A stretch of DNA of 64,000 bases from Narcine bancroftii (lineage: Eukaryota), in assembly GCF_036971445.1 (NCBI RefSeq), contig NC_091478.1, positions 94,550,001 through 94,614,000 of the forward strand. The letters run 5' to 3'. Numbering within the stretch: position 1 is the first letter of the stretch; each line of letters opens with the position of its first letter. Below are positions 63,651-64,000 of this stretch, in pieces. Both the position numbers and the translations under genes were made by a program. Under the pieces are notes generated by a model. It was not told the DNA's origin, made no database searches, and saw only the letters and a program-made list of their open reading frames with translations.

Positions 63651-64000
63651 CCAGTCCTCCACTCCCCTGGAATCTGCAATCCCTTGTGGCTGTTGCCAAT
63701 CATAGGCGCTGCCATCTTGGGTGCAGACTCCGCAGTGGTGGATTTTTAAATAAAACTACTGTCAGCTCCTTTAACAAGCTTGTGCAGAGCTGAGGGCTCT
63801 CTCTCCGCTTCTCATGGGTCTACACCAGTGACAACACTACCATTACAGCAGTGCCACCATTTTCAATGCATCAGCAAAGTACACCACATGAGGAATGAAG
63901 CAATTATCAAAAGCAATTCTGCTCTCAAAGCTTCACAGATTTGCAGCAGGGTAAAATCAGTGGACTCCCAAAAGGATCAAAAGCCCCCTTCAATCACTTC

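Noticed and set aside
63230-63793. 187-aa ORF with repeats
   Set aside because: Product of the 60-bp tandem repeat in a GC-rich repeat element; no recognisable domain

Overview
This is eukaryotic, vertebrate genomic DNA. The CR1, L1/Tx1, Rex1-Babar, Penelope and V-SINE repertoire suggests a cartilaginous fish (shark or ray), but the species cannot be determined from the sequence. The whole window lies inside the ZC3H18 (NHN1) gene on the minus strand. Four exons join in frame across canonical GT-AG introns: 53929-53818, 47742-47468, 8761-8573 and 7307-7176, and one intron is about 38.7 kb. A fifth, candidate 33-nt microexon lies at 62465-62433. The introns are mostly nested transposable elements: CR1 LINEs (one young copy with only two stops), two L1/Tx1 elements retaining their 5' ends, Rex1/Babar, RTE and Penelope remnants, four solo LTRs with 4-bp TSDs, Gypsy and BEL/Pao remnants, and hAT, Tc1/pogo and Harbinger-like MITEs. 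Most ORFs in the supplied track are TE fragments or spurious. I see no prokaryotic-type system such as CRISPR. The most interesting signals are the candidate microexon, a composite two-MITE element that recurs as a unit, a Harbinger-like element carrying an inverted copy of its own flank, and a long intronic hairpin. Family names come from motif recognition rather than database searches, and boundaries of old TE copies are approximate.
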